A stretch of 62,146 bases of DNA, counting the filler. It is 4 parts of 4 records of this genome, joined end to end, with 100 filler letters (N's around TTAATTAATTAA, not from the genome) between each part and the next. Parts side by side here need not be neighbours in the genome. Positions count along the whole stretch, not along the records: positions 1 to 11,616 come from SRR31156797_550; positions 11,717 to 26,652 come from SRR31156797_553; 2 more parts are not named here. One strand, 5' to 3'. Position numbers and translations under genes: made by a program. This document shows positions 9,944-19,554 of this stretch, in pieces. The notes under the pieces were generated by a model that had not been told where the DNA came from, ran no database searches, and saw nothing but the letters and a program-made list of their open reading frames with translations. The stretch's first letter is position 1, and every line of letters begins with the position of its first letter.

Positions 9944-10573
9944 CTATTTTTCAAAGACCCTTCTACATACAAGCAGGATCGAAGTGCCTGCAAAGGTCTG
10001 AAATATTGTAAAACCGCTGGTTTTTCCGGTATTATCAATATTTGCAGTCGATTCGTTCTGAGTATTCTGTGTCGTATTCACTTTTTCTTCTGAAAGAACC
10101 GGTCCAGGCAAGTCATAATCAAGGTACTGGTACACTGGTTTGAATGCTACAAGTTCTCCTTCCGGACTAATATATATTGTATCAACTGTGATGTTTAGAA
10201 TTTCTGCACCATCATCTTTCAAATAAACAAATGAATCCCCTTCGGAAAGAATTCTTTCCTTGATGATTTCATTTTTATATACATTCTCAAGAGTAATCCA
10301 GGCCTGTTTCTGGTCCAGGTTTACGCTTTTGACAGTTAATACATATCCCTGATAGAATTCCCACGAATCTCCCGTGGTTAAAAAAACCCCGCTTCCATTC
10401 TCAAGAAGTGTCTGCACAGGTTTTACCTGGAGCAAAGGCTCACTGTAATCTTTCAGAATAATATTTTCGGCATGTACTGGAGTTAACAGCGTTAAAAAAA
10501 ATAACGATACGGTCATGGATACAAAAATAATAACGGAAATGAGTGAAAGTGTCTTGCTTTTAGAATAATTCAT
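9944..10573 (-). CDS. Secreted S-layer-domain protein with a C-terminal PGF-CTERM-like anchor
   Basis: Signal peptide; GDSWEFYQGYVLTVKSV S-layer-like segment; T/N-rich linker; SGF + hydrophobic helix + RR tail. Confidence 0.65.
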   Translation of the reverse strand: MNYSKSKTLSLISVIIFVSMTVSLFFLTLLTPVHAENIILKDYSEPLLQVKPVQTLLENGSGVFLTTGDSWEFYQGYVLTVKSVNLDQKQAWITLENVYKNEIIKERILSEGDSFVYLKDDGAEILNITVDTIYISPEGELVAFKPVYQYLDYDLPGPVLSEEKVNTTQNTQNESTANIDNTGKTSGFTIFQTFAGTSILLVCRRVFEK

Positions 10574-10592
10574 GCAATATTCACATCACCAA

Positions 10593-11564
10593 TCAGTTGC
10601 GGTAGCGACAGTTTCCAGCTATAATCTCATGTTTTTCCTTATTTTTGTCAAGGATTAACAGAGCACCTCTTTCTGTGACTCCTACAGCCTTGCCTTCAAT
10701 GATCTTATTTGGTGTTGTGACTTTAACTTCTTTTCCTATTGTATCGGAGAGACTTATCCATTCGTCAACAATATCAGAAAATTGTCTCGTCTTAAACCTG
10801 ATGTATTGTTGTTCAAGTTCATAGAGAAGTGATGCAACAAATTCTGTCCTGTCAATGTTCTTTCCGATTTCATCCGAAATACTTGCAGAATTACTCCTGA
10901 TGTCCTCTTTTAGGCCTGCAATTTTGACATTAGCATTTATACCAATACCCAGTATTACATAGTCAACCTTTTCGACCTCTGCACTTAGCTCTGTAAGTAT
11001 ACCACTAACCTTTTTTCTTCTTACAAGCACATCATTAGGCCATTTTATGCGGGCATTGACTCCCATTTCCCTTAATGCGTTTGCCACAGCAATACCTGCA
11101 ACCAGCGTTATTTTTGACACATTCTCTATTGGAATCAACGGCTTTAAAATAACAGACAGGCAGATCCCGCCAGGAGATGACTGCCACTCAGAACCCATAC
11201 GTCCACGGCCCTTGCTCTGTGTCTCTGCAATAACAATGGTACCTTCGGGTGCATTGGATGCAATTTCCCGTGCAGCATCATTAGTTGAACTGAGTTCGGA
11301 ATAATATCTAATGTCAGTTCCTAAAAGGCTTGTTTTGAGAAGTTTTTTTAGTACCTCAGGGGAAATTCTGTCAGGACACGCTTCAAGAACGTATCCTGTT
11401 TTTGGAGAGGAGCGAATATCATATCCTTCTTTTCTCAGGGTTTTTACATACTTCCAGACCATTGCCCGGGTGATGCCAAGCTTTTCTCCTATCTCCTGAC
11501 CTGAAACTGCTTTTCCCTCTGATTGCCCCAATAACCTTATGATTTTATCCTTGTTATCGTTCAC
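10593..11564 (-). CDS. birA: Biotin-protein ligase with N-terminal HTH
   Basis: SGQEIGEKLGITRAMVWK HTH, STND, QSKGRGRMG, KWPND, KKVSGIL. GTG start at 11564 preferred over 11582. Confidence 0.93.
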   Translation of the reverse strand: MNDNKDKIIRLLGQSEGKAVSGQEIGEKLGITRAMVWKYVKTLRKEGYDIRSSPKTGYVLEACPDRISPEVLKKLLKTSLLGTDIRYYSELSSTNDAAREIASNAPEGTIVIAETQSKGRGRMGSEWQSSPGGICLSVILKPLIPIENVSKITLVAGIAVANALREMGVNARIKWPNDVLVRRKKVSGILTELSAEVEKVDYVILGIGINANVKIAGLKEDIRSNSASISDEIGKNIDRTEFVASLLYELEQQYIRFKTRQFSDIVDEWISLSDTIGKEVKVTTPNKIIEGKAVGVTERGALLILDKNKEKHEIIAGNCRYRN

Positions 11565-11616
11565 AGGTATTTCACCACACAAAAATAACGTACAAACCCT
11601 TCTCTTATATTGTTGC

Positions 11617-11716
11617 NNNNNNNNNNNNNNNNNNNNNNNNNNNNNNNNNNNNNNNNNNNNTTAATTAATTAANNNNNNNNNNNNNNNNNNNNNNNNNNNN
11701 NNNNNNNNNNNNNNNN
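11617..11716. other. Artificial contig linker (44 N + TTAATTAATTAA + 44 N)
   Basis: Identical 100-nt spacer occurs three times; the 12-mer gives stops in all six frames. Confidence 0.97.
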
Positions 11717-11772
11717 GCAAAAGGGGCTTTTCTGCAAGTGGCTCTGGCTAATAACTGAGAGGAAATATTATT

Positions 11773-12258
11773 ATGAGCGCAGAAGAGATCACAGTAAAGA
11801 AATCCCATAAGATCGACCAGAAAATAAGAGATATCTGCATCAACTATATGGAGCTTATGTTGGCCTGCGGCAGGGATGAAAAAAAACGCGACAGCTTTAT
11901 CGAGGATCCACGTCCCTATTTGAACGGTATCGGTATGGTGATACCGGAAAAGGTTTCCATCCATCTTAAGGTCGGGCAGAGTTTTCCTGCTCTCCACCTC
12001 AAGACGGCGGAAGGAAAGATTGCGATCTATGAGGGCAAACTATCCCTTAAGGTTGTCGAGGAGATGAGGGACCATACGAAACATATCGAAAAGGTCGTAT
12101 TGAAAGAGCCGGGCGAAATTGATGTCAACGTCCACGCATCATTGAATGATCCCGACGTACAGGGCGTTGTTGTGATGCCGTTTTTTGATCTCTATACCGA
12201 TATTCTCGGAGAGGTTAAATTCCAGGATGGTGCGGAGATTATCCTGACAAGCTGTTAG
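11773..12258 (+). CDS. Putative RiPP precursor with nitrile-hydratase-like (NHLP / BMA_0021-type) leader and C-terminal TSC
   Basis: YMELMLACGRDEKKRDSFIEDPRPYLNGIGMVIPEKV resembles the NHLP-type 'A..DE.F...L..DP...L...G..iP' leader. Ends EIILTSC. GAGG RBS. First gene of a YcaO/rSAM operon. Confidence 0.7.
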   Translation: MSAEEITVKKSHKIDQKIRDICINYMELMLACGRDEKKRDSFIEDPRPYLNGIGMVIPEKVSIHLKVGQSFPALHLKTAEGKIAIYEGKLSLKVVEEMRDHTKHIEKVVLKEPGEIDVNVHASLNDPDVQGVVVMPFFDLYTDILGEVKFQDGAEIILTSC

Positions 12259-12262
12259 TCAT

Positions 12263-12325
12263 AAAGCCTCTAATTGGGGATCATTGAACTATCGGAACTC
12301 TCCTTTTAGAGGCTTTTTCTTTTAG
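12263..12325 (+). terminator. Stem-loop plus U-tract after the precursor gene
   Basis: AAAGCCTCTAA (12263-12273) / TTAGAGGCTTT (12306-12316) perfect 11-bp inverted repeat followed by TTCTTTT. Confidence 0.7.
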
Positions 12326-12382
12326 TTATTTTGAGGTGTAAATCCTCTCGACAGGCTGTTACGGAATAGATAAGGGCCAGAT

Positions 12383-15300
12383 ATGAATATTGCCGATTAT
12401 AAGATAATGCAAAAGCTGTATCACAATCAGAAGTATATCGTTTACCGCGCCCGGCATAAAGAGACCGCTTCGTCCCGCATCTTGAAAGTACTGGAGAAAA
12501 AATCAGCATTGCACCTTAAATACCTGCACGGCCTTCAGAACGAATATGAGCTGCTTTGCCGGGTTACCTCGGACTATGTGGTTAAACCAATTGATTTTAT
12601 TACAACCGTTGATTTCAGTATCCTTGTACTGGAAGATATCGGCGGGCACACCCTGAAGGAGGAGATTCAAAGCGACCCCCTCTCCCTTGACGGGTTCCAG
12701 ATAATTTCAGGTCAACTCATGGAGGCCGTTTCAGCCGTTCACCAGCAGGATATCATTCACCGGAATATCAATCCCGACAATATCATATGGAATCCAGTCA
12801 GTGCCAAAATCAACCTTATCGATTTTGATATCGCCACGAAGTTCAACCAGAAAATTTCATACAACGGCAATCCCGATTCCCTGGAAGGTACATTGTCCTA
12901 TATTTCGCCGGAGCAGACCGGAAGGGTAAACCGCCGTGTGGACCATCGGTCGGACCTCTATTCCCTTGGCATCACCTTTTATGAAATGTTCACCGGCGTC
13001 CCTGTTTTCGATTATGAAAATCCCCTTGAAATCGTTTATGCCCACCTGGCCCGCTCCCCCTTGCCGCCCCATGAATTAAACACAACGCTACCGAACACTC
13101 TTTCCCGCATCATACTTAAATTGATAGAAAAAAATCCAAGGAAACGCTATCAATCCGTTCAGGGCCTGCAATATGATCTTTCCAGGGCGTTCAAAAACCT
13201 CGAGGCAACGTTCACCCTCGGAGAAAAAGATTACACGGGGAAACTGCAGGTTGCGGAGACGTTGTACGGCCGGATTGATGAGCGTTCATCCCTTTTAGCA
13301 GCATACCACAAGCTTGGGCAAAAAAAGAGGGAGGTGGTTCTGGTTGCCGGTCTTCCCGGAACTGGAAAAACATCCCTTGTAAGCGAACTGCATAAACCCA
13401 TAACCCGGGATCAGGGATATTTCCTCAGCGGGAAATTTGATCAGCTGCAGCGATCGGTTCCCTACTCGGCTTTTGGCCTAGCGCTCGGCCAGTTCTGCGA
13501 TCTGCTCTTGAGCGAGCCACCGGACGTACTGGATCAATGGAAGGAGCGTATTCTAAATGCTGTGAGTCCGCTGGGAAAGCTGTTGACGGATATTTTTCCC
13601 AACCTCGTGGAGATCATCGGCATACAACCCGACATCCCTGAAATCGGCGGCGACCAGGCGATGGGACGTTTTAACCATGTGTTTTCCTCTTTTTTAAAAG
13701 CCGTTGCAACCGAAGAGAAACCTGTCGTCCTGTTTATAGACGACCTGCAATGGGCCGACCTCGAATCCCTCTCCGTGTTAAGTCTGATCAGTGAAGACAT
13801 TGAAAATCCATATCTCCTCGTTGTCGGCGCATACAGGGATAACGAAATCACCACCGACCACCCCTTCCTGCCCTTCATCCAAAGGCTTTCTGAAAACGAT
13901 GTTCAAGTCACCACCATTAATGTCGGCAATCTTACGCCAGCCGATGTTAAAGCATGGCTTGCCCATACCTTGCGGTCCGATACGGATCCTGCGGCCACCG
14001 AGGATCTGGCTGACCTCATCTTTCAAAAAACCGGGGGTAATGCGTTCTTTTTCAAACAGTTTTTGAAGAATCTCCACGCAAGGGGTCTGCTGGACTTTGA
14101 TTTCAAATATCGAAGGTGGTCATGGGATACAGCCGAGATAAAGGCTTTGAACATAACGGACAATGTTGTGAACCTGCTGGTGCAGAAAATAGAACTGCTA
14201 TCAGATGAAGTACAGGGCATTTTAAGACTGGCCGCATGTATCGGTCAGGCCTTCGAAATTTCTACCCTGTCCATTATTTCAGGTCGATCAACAGAAACCC
14301 TGACCCTGCTGCTTGAAGCCGCCTTAATTCAGGAACTGATCCAGGCGGAAGGAGAAACCCGGTACAAATTCATTCATGATCGAGTTCAACAAGCCGTTTA
14401 CACCATGATCGATCTTTCGACCCGACAGAAACTGCACCTTTCCATCGGCCGCCTGCTGTTAAATTCCATGGCACTGCCGGATCGATTCCATGAGATAAAA
14501 GAGGTCGGAAATGTTCTTTTTAAGGTCGTCAACCATCTCAATATGGGCATGGACCGGATCTGCGATAATGATGAGAAACTGATCCTTGTAAGATTGAACC
14601 TCTCTGCAGGTAAAAAGGCAAAGCGCTCTGCAGCCTTCAAGATCAGTAAAGATTATATCAGGACGGCCCTTGCGCTTCTACCTGAAAACCACTGGCAAAA
14701 TCATTATGATCTGACCCGGGAAATATATGATCAAGCCATTCAATGTTATTTCCTGTCCCGGGATACCGAGCAGCTTGAAGCCCATATAGACACGGTTTTA
14801 TCATCGACAGTTTCAGTGTCCCACCGCTGCGTTGCCCATGAATACCGCATTATGAACCTTATCGCTCAAAATCAGCATCTTTTAGCTGCGGAAAAGATCC
14901 TGGAGATATTCACATCCCTGGGCGTTTCCATTCCAACCGAACCGGAACCTTCCCATATCGGCAGGGAAATCAACAGTACGCAAACCCTGATAGAACGTTA
15001 TGGTATGGATAAAATCATAAATCTGCCGCCGATGGACGACCCGGAAACAAGGCTGATCCTACGCCTTTATTATACGGGCGCAACGGCCTTTATGTTTTCC
15101 AAGTACCAGAACATACTGCCGCTTTTGACCTCAAGGATGACGGCATTGAGCATTGAGAACGGACTCTGTCCGGAAACGCCTTATGTTCTTTGCCTTTACG
15201 GCACCGTACGAATCGTCGTGGGCGATATTTCCGGGGCGTATAAAATCGGAAATATCGCCCGTGAGCTGATCAAAAACAGGTTATGCGACGATGCCATGAG

Positions 15301-17656
15301 CGTGAGATCCATCACCCCCTTTTACCTTTATATAGCTGGAAACCGGCAGCATTACAGGGAGGTATCGCAAAGCCTGATCGACCTTCACCCCTTTGCGCTC
15401 AATGCCGGCGATTATGTTTACGGCGGCTATATCATTGCCCACTACATGGCGTTTCTGGCACGTAGCGGTACCCCACTGTCCGTCTGGCATGAAAAACTCC
15501 TCTTCATACGCCCACATCTCTCCCTTCAGAAGGAGAAAATTATGCTTGCGCTCTTTGCCTCCGATATACAACTGAATGCCGAACTGACCGGCCGGGAGCC
15601 CCCTGCGGAGATCATCGAACTGGATTTTGAAAAGATATCCAGCGGTCTGCCCCCCGATGCCTTGAGGCTATGCAGGATGTGCGAGTATCTGATGAGGGTA
15701 AAGTCGGCATTCATCTTTGAACGCAACGACCGACTATCTTCCGATGTCGCGATTTTCGAAGAAAACTGGAGCCAAATCCGGGCACGCCTGACATACGTCA
15801 CCAGCGATTACTACCTCTATTTCACCCTGGCCTATCTGCACCTGCACACCATCACAGAGGATGAAAAAGAGAAAGCATCGTTCCTTACAAAGGCTGCGGC
15901 AGGCTTGAAAGTGATGAAAAACTGGGCAAGAATCGGCTCTACCAATTTCTCCCATAAATACCATCTGCTGCAAGCTGAAATGCACCGCATACAGGGAGAT
16001 TTTTTCCAGGCAGGGGAGCATTACGACAGGGCAATCGAAAAAGCAATTGAAAACGCGTATATTAACGAAGCTGCCATTGCAAACGAACTTGCGGCCAGAT
16101 TCTACATGCAAAACGGGCGCGACAGGATCGCCTCCCTGTATTTCAGCGAGGCCAGGGCATGTTATCAGCAATGGGGAGCCGCTGCAAAGGTGTCCCACCT
16201 CGATACCAATTATCCCAAGTATACGGGCCATTTATCATATCCGGGTAAGACCGCCATGAACTCCACGACGGGAACGATGCCCCGAACGAGCGCAGACCAC
16301 CTGGATATCGCCACCATTTTAAAGGCATCCCAGACCCTTTCCAGAGAGGTACAGTTGCAGCAGCTTCTGGACAGGATGCTCAGAATCCTGATGGAAAACG
16401 CAGGGGCCCGGAAAGTTGTCCTGATTCGGAATCAGGACGGTCGTCTGCTCATCCAGGGAGAAGGGCGCCTGGAGACCGGAACTCAGCTGCTCCAGGCACT
16501 GCCCGTTGACGATTCCCGGAACATCCCCCTTGCCGTGATCCATTTCGTGGTCCGTACCCGGGAGCCCCTGGTATTTGAAGACCTCTCCCGGAGTCCCGAA
16601 TACGGTTCAGATGATTATATCATCCGGCATCAGCCGAAATCCGCCGTCTGTTTTCCCATCATCAAGCAAACGGAACTTACCGGTATGGTTTACCTTGAAA
16701 ACAACCTGATCGAAGGGGCCTTCACGCCGTCACGCCTGGAGGTTCTCAGCATGCTTTCCACCCAGATTGCCATCTCCATGGAGAATGCTGAACTCTATGA
16801 AGACCTGGAGGAAAAGGTTCGGCAGCGAACCCACGACCTTCAGAGGGTGCACGAAGAACTCGAGGAGAGCCACAGGGAACTTGCTAAAAACCACAAGAAG
16901 ATCACCGACAGCGTCACACAGGCCGTGCGCATCCAGGACGCGGCGCTGCCCGACGATGGGATCATTGCGGAGCTTCTGCCGAACCATTTTATTTTTTTCC
17001 GCCCTTGTGCAACGGTCAGTGGAGATTTCTACTGGATTCGGAAAATCGAAGACAAGATCATCACGGCGGTTGCAGACTGTACGGGACACGGCGTCCCCGG
17101 TGCCCTGGTCAGCATGCTGGGCATCGCTTTTCTCAATGATATCGTGCCAAAGATGGCAGAACAAAAAAGGCTCTTTCCCGACCAGATCCTGGGAGAGCTC
17201 AGGACAAAGGTAAAAACCGCCCTCAAGCAGCAAGGTGATCCCGCCGAGCAGCAGGAGGGAATGGATATGGGGCTTTGCACCATCGATCTCAAAGCCCGCA
17301 GGATCCGGTTCGCAGGCGCCTATCATCCCCTGTTGATAATCAGGGGCAAAAAGCTCCTCGAGTTCAAGGGAGACAGGATGCCCATTGCCGTTCACCACAG
17401 GGAGAAGCCTTTCACGGCCCATGACATTTCATTCGAAGAAGGCGATATGCTCTATCTTTTTTCAGACGGTTTCACCGATCAGATCGGCGAGAAATCCGGA
17501 AAAAAGTTCATGAAGGGACATTTTAAAAAACTGCTCCTGGATATCTGCCAGACCCCCCTGCATCAACAGAAAGAAACACTATACACCCGGTTTAAAGAGT
17601 GGAAGGGCGACTTTCCGCAGGTCGACGACATCCTGATTCTTGGAATACGGCTTTAA
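12383..17656 (+). CDS. Multidomain signalling protein: Ser/Thr (pseudo)kinase - AAA_16-type NTPase - helical repeats - GAF - coiled coil - SpoIIE/PP2C phosphatase
   Basis: GTLSYISPEQTGR and SDLYSLG kinase motifs; Walker A GLPGTGKTS; Walker B FIDDLQWAD; GAF YLENN; PP2C motifs VSGDFY, ADCTGHG, FSDG, DDIL. Confidence 0.9.
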   Translation: MNIADYKIMQKLYHNQKYIVYRARHKETASSRILKVLEKKSALHLKYLHGLQNEYELLCRVTSDYVVKPIDFITTVDFSILVLEDIGGHTLKEEIQSDPLSLDGFQIISGQLMEAVSAVHQQDIIHRNINPDNIIWNPVSAKINLIDFDIATKFNQKISYNGNPDSLEGTLSYISPEQTGRVNRRVDHRSDLYSLGITFYEMFTGVPVFDYENPLEIVYAHLARSPLPPHELNTTLPNTLSRIILKLIEKNPRKRYQSVQGLQYDLSRAFKNLEATFTLGEKDYTGKLQVAETLYGRIDERSSLLAAYHKLGQKKREVVLVAGLPGTGKTSLVSELHKPITRDQGYFLSGKFDQLQRSVPYSAFGLALGQFCDLLLSEPPDVLDQWKERILNAVSPLGKLLTDIFPNLVEIIGIQPDIPEIGGDQAMGRFNHVFSSFLKAVATEEKPVVLFIDDLQWADLESLSVLSLISEDIENPYLLVVGAYRDNEITTDHPFLPFIQRLSENDVQVTTINVGNLTPADVKAWLAHTLRSDTDPAATEDLADLIFQKTGGNAFFFKQFLKNLHARGLLDFDFKYRRWSWDTAEIKALNITDNVVNLLVQKIELLSDEVQGILRLAACIGQAFEISTLSIISGRSTETLTLLLEAALIQELIQAEGETRYKFIHDRVQQAVYTMIDLSTRQKLHLSIGRLLLNSMALPDRFHEIKEVGNVLFKVVNHLNMGMDRICDNDEKLILVRLNLSAGKKAKRSAAFKISKDYIRTALALLPENHWQNHYDLTREIYDQAIQCYFLSRDTEQLEAHIDTVLSSTVSVSHRCVAHEYRIMNLIAQNQHLLAAEKILEIFTSLGVSIPTEPEPSHIGREINSTQTLIERYGMDKIINLPPMDDPETRLILRLYYTGATAFMFSKYQNILPLLTSRMTALSIENGLCPETPYVLCLYGTVRIVVGDISGAYKIGNIARELIKNRLCDDAMSVRSITPFYLYIAGNRQHYREVSQSLIDLHPFALNAGDYVYGGYIIAHYMAFLARSGTPLSVWHEKLLFIRPHLSLQKEKIMLALFASDIQLNAELTGREPPAEIIELDFEKISSGLPPDALRLCRMCEYLMRVKSAFIFERNDRLSSDVAIFEENWSQIRARLTYVTSDYYLYFTLAYLHLHTITEDEKEKASFLTKAAAGLKVMKNWARIGSTNFSHKYHLLQAEMHRIQGDFFQAGEHYDRAIEKAIENAYINEAAIANELAARFYMQNGRDRIASLYFSEARACYQQWGAAAKVSHLDTNYPKYTGHLSYPGKTAMNSTTGTMPRTSADHLDIATILKASQTLSREVQLQQLLDRMLRILMENAGARKVVLIRNQDGRLLIQGEGRLETGTQLLQALPVDDSRNIPLAVIHFVVRTREPLVFEDLSRSPEYGSDDYIIRHQPKSAVCFPIIKQTELTGMVYLENNLIEGAFTPSRLEVLSMLSTQIAISMENAELYEDLEEKVRQRTHDLQRVHEELEESHRELAKNHKKITDSVTQAVRIQDAALPDDGIIAELLPNHFIFFRPCATVSGDFYWIRKIEDKIITAVADCTGHGVPGALVSMLGIAFLNDIVPKMAEQKRLFPDQILGELRTKVKTALKQQGDPAEQQEGMDMGLCTIDLKARRIRFAGAYHPLLIIRGKKLLEFKGDRMPIAVHHREKPFTAHDISFEEGDMLYLFSDGFTDQIGEKSGKKFMKGHFKKLLLDICQTPLHQQKETLYTRFKEWKGDFPQVDDILILGIRL

Positions 17657-17690
17657 ACGGATCGGCCGGCGTCCCAACGAGTTTCATGCC

Positions 17691-19526
17691 ATGACCCAAA
17701 ACGAAGATAAAAATATAGCCCGCAGAATCAATTCAGCCCTGTCCGGCGGTGACGTCCTCTTTATCGTTCCGCCGTTTTCGAGATCCTGTCTCGGCGCCAT
17801 GCTGGATACCCATCTCCTTGAGGCCATCTCCATCGACAGCGGGCTTGAGGCCGAAGTCCTCTATTTGAACGTTCTACTCGCCTCCATGATCGGCATCGAT
17901 CGATTCGAAAAGACCGGGAACGCACCCAGGTCCTGGATGGTAGGGGAACGGCTGTTTGCCCGGGCCGCCCATGCTCTACCGCAGCTGGGCGTTCCCCAAG
18001 AGGAACTCTCCACCCTAGGGGAAAACAAAAAGAAAAAACCTGCTCAGGCTCCCCACCCGGTAGATCCTCAATTCGATCCCTTGCCCTGGCTCGACCTGGA
18101 AGAGACCTGCTTCTCATTCGCGGACTGGGTGGCACCTGTTGTAGCGGCAAGGGGATACAAGATCATCTGGCTCAATATCGGCTGGGAACAGATCAACTGC
18201 GCCCTTGCCCTTATCGACAGGATAAAGTCAGCCGCACCCGAGACCCTTTTCATGATAGGGGGGCTGAACTGCGAAGCTGCCATGGCAAGGGGCATCGCGG
18301 CGATGAACAGTAATGTGGATTATATATTCGAAGGAGAAACAGAGGCGGCATATGCTAAGTTCCTAAAAGGATATACCCAAGGAAAGCGCCCTGACCATCG
18401 CATCCTCAGGGGAGGCCCCGTAAAGGATATGGACCTGTTACCCCTGCCCGACTATGCCGCCTATTTTCATCAGGCGGATCTTTTTCTGGAAGACAATCGC
18501 CCGGAAAAACTGGCCCTGGCCTATGAAACCAGCAGGGGATGCTGGAAAGGGCAGAAGCAACGATGCGCATTCTGCGGCCTGAATTGCGATGAACGGATCC
18601 AATACCGCTTCAAGAGCCCTGCAAAGGTCCGCTCCGAACTGGCTGTGATCAGCGAAAAATATAAAAATATTATCGTGTTCATGACGGATCACACCCCGCC
18701 CTCCTCCTACTACCGGGAACTGTTTCCCACGCTTACGCTTCCGGACGGTTTTTCCATGCGCTATCAGCTGGTGGCCGCACTGACCCTCAAGGACCTGATT
18801 AACCTTAAAAAAGCTTGTGTCAACCGCATACAGCCCGGTATCGAGGCATTGACCACCCCGCTTTTGAACGCAATCCACAAGGGGGTAAAGGCCCACCAGA
18901 ATCTGGCTCTGCTTCGAAATTCCATGTCCACGAATATCTTTGTCTACTGGTATCTACTCTGGGGACTGCCGGGAGACCGACCCGAGGAGTATGAGAAGAC
19001 CATTGAGCTCATTCCCCTGCTGCGGCATCTGCAGCCGCCCGAACTTCTGGCCCACGTACGTTTTGAAAAATTCGGGCTCTATGTGGAGCGCCCGGAGGAT
19101 TACGGAATCACGAACCTGCAACCGGAAAAGGCCTATGCAGCGATCTTTCCTGAAAATGCCGACCGGGAGCAACTGGCATTCCGTTATACCGGTGATTACC
19201 CCTGCGGTTCCCATGATCGGCCCGACATAATTCAAAGGCTTGAAGAGGAGATTCGTACCTGGAAGGATTCCTGGAGAGCGGTCAGCCTGGCCATGGTCCT
19301 GTTCTGGGATCAATATGTGATCCATGACACCCGGTTCGCCAGTAAATCCCATAAAAAATATTCCATGGACCGCGACCAGGCTCAAGAGGTGATGCGCCAT
19401 TGCCGGTATACGGGTTCCCGGCATCAGGAGTGGGCCCTGGAACATAAGCTGGCCGTTATTGCCGACGCCCATTACGTACCCTTGGTAACCGCCTCTCCCG
19501 AACTACTGCTGGAACTGGGAGCTTAG
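17691..19526 (+). CDS. RiPP-maturation B12-dependent radical SAM protein (probable C-methyltransferase, TIGR03975-like)
   Basis: ETSRGCWKGQKQRCAFCGLN (CX7CX2C at 18540-18575); N-terminal cobalamin-binding-like domain (IGGLNCE, FEGETE); IQPGIE, LHLQPP-like motif. Confidence 0.85.
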   Translation: MTQNEDKNIARRINSALSGGDVLFIVPPFSRSCLGAMLDTHLLEAISIDSGLEAEVLYLNVLLASMIGIDRFEKTGNAPRSWMVGERLFARAAHALPQLGVPQEELSTLGENKKKKPAQAPHPVDPQFDPLPWLDLEETCFSFADWVAPVVAARGYKIIWLNIGWEQINCALALIDRIKSAAPETLFMIGGLNCEAAMARGIAAMNSNVDYIFEGETEAAYAKFLKGYTQGKRPDHRILRGGPVKDMDLLPLPDYAAYFHQADLFLEDNRPEKLALAYETSRGCWKGQKQRCAFCGLNCDERIQYRFKSPAKVRSELAVISEKYKNIIVFMTDHTPPSSYYRELFPTLTLPDGFSMRYQLVAALTLKDLINLKKACVNRIQPGIEALTTPLLNAIHKGVKAHQNLALLRNSMSTNIFVYWYLLWGLPGDRPEEYEKTIELIPLLRHLQPPELLAHVRFEKFGLYVERPEDYGITNLQPEKAYAAIFPENADREQLAFRYTGDYPCGSHDRPDIIQRLEEEIRTWKDSWRAVSLAMVLFWDQYVIHDTRFASKSHKKYSMDRDQAQEVMRHCRYTGSRHQEWALEHKLAVIADAHYVPLVTASPELLLELGA

Positions 19527-19554
19527 AATAAAAAAAGGCTGCGAAAACAAGATT

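Noticed and set aside
11661-11672. TTAATTAATTAA palindrome as a biological site (also at 26697 and 56788)
   Set aside because: It is centred in N runs and identical each time; a six-frame stop linker
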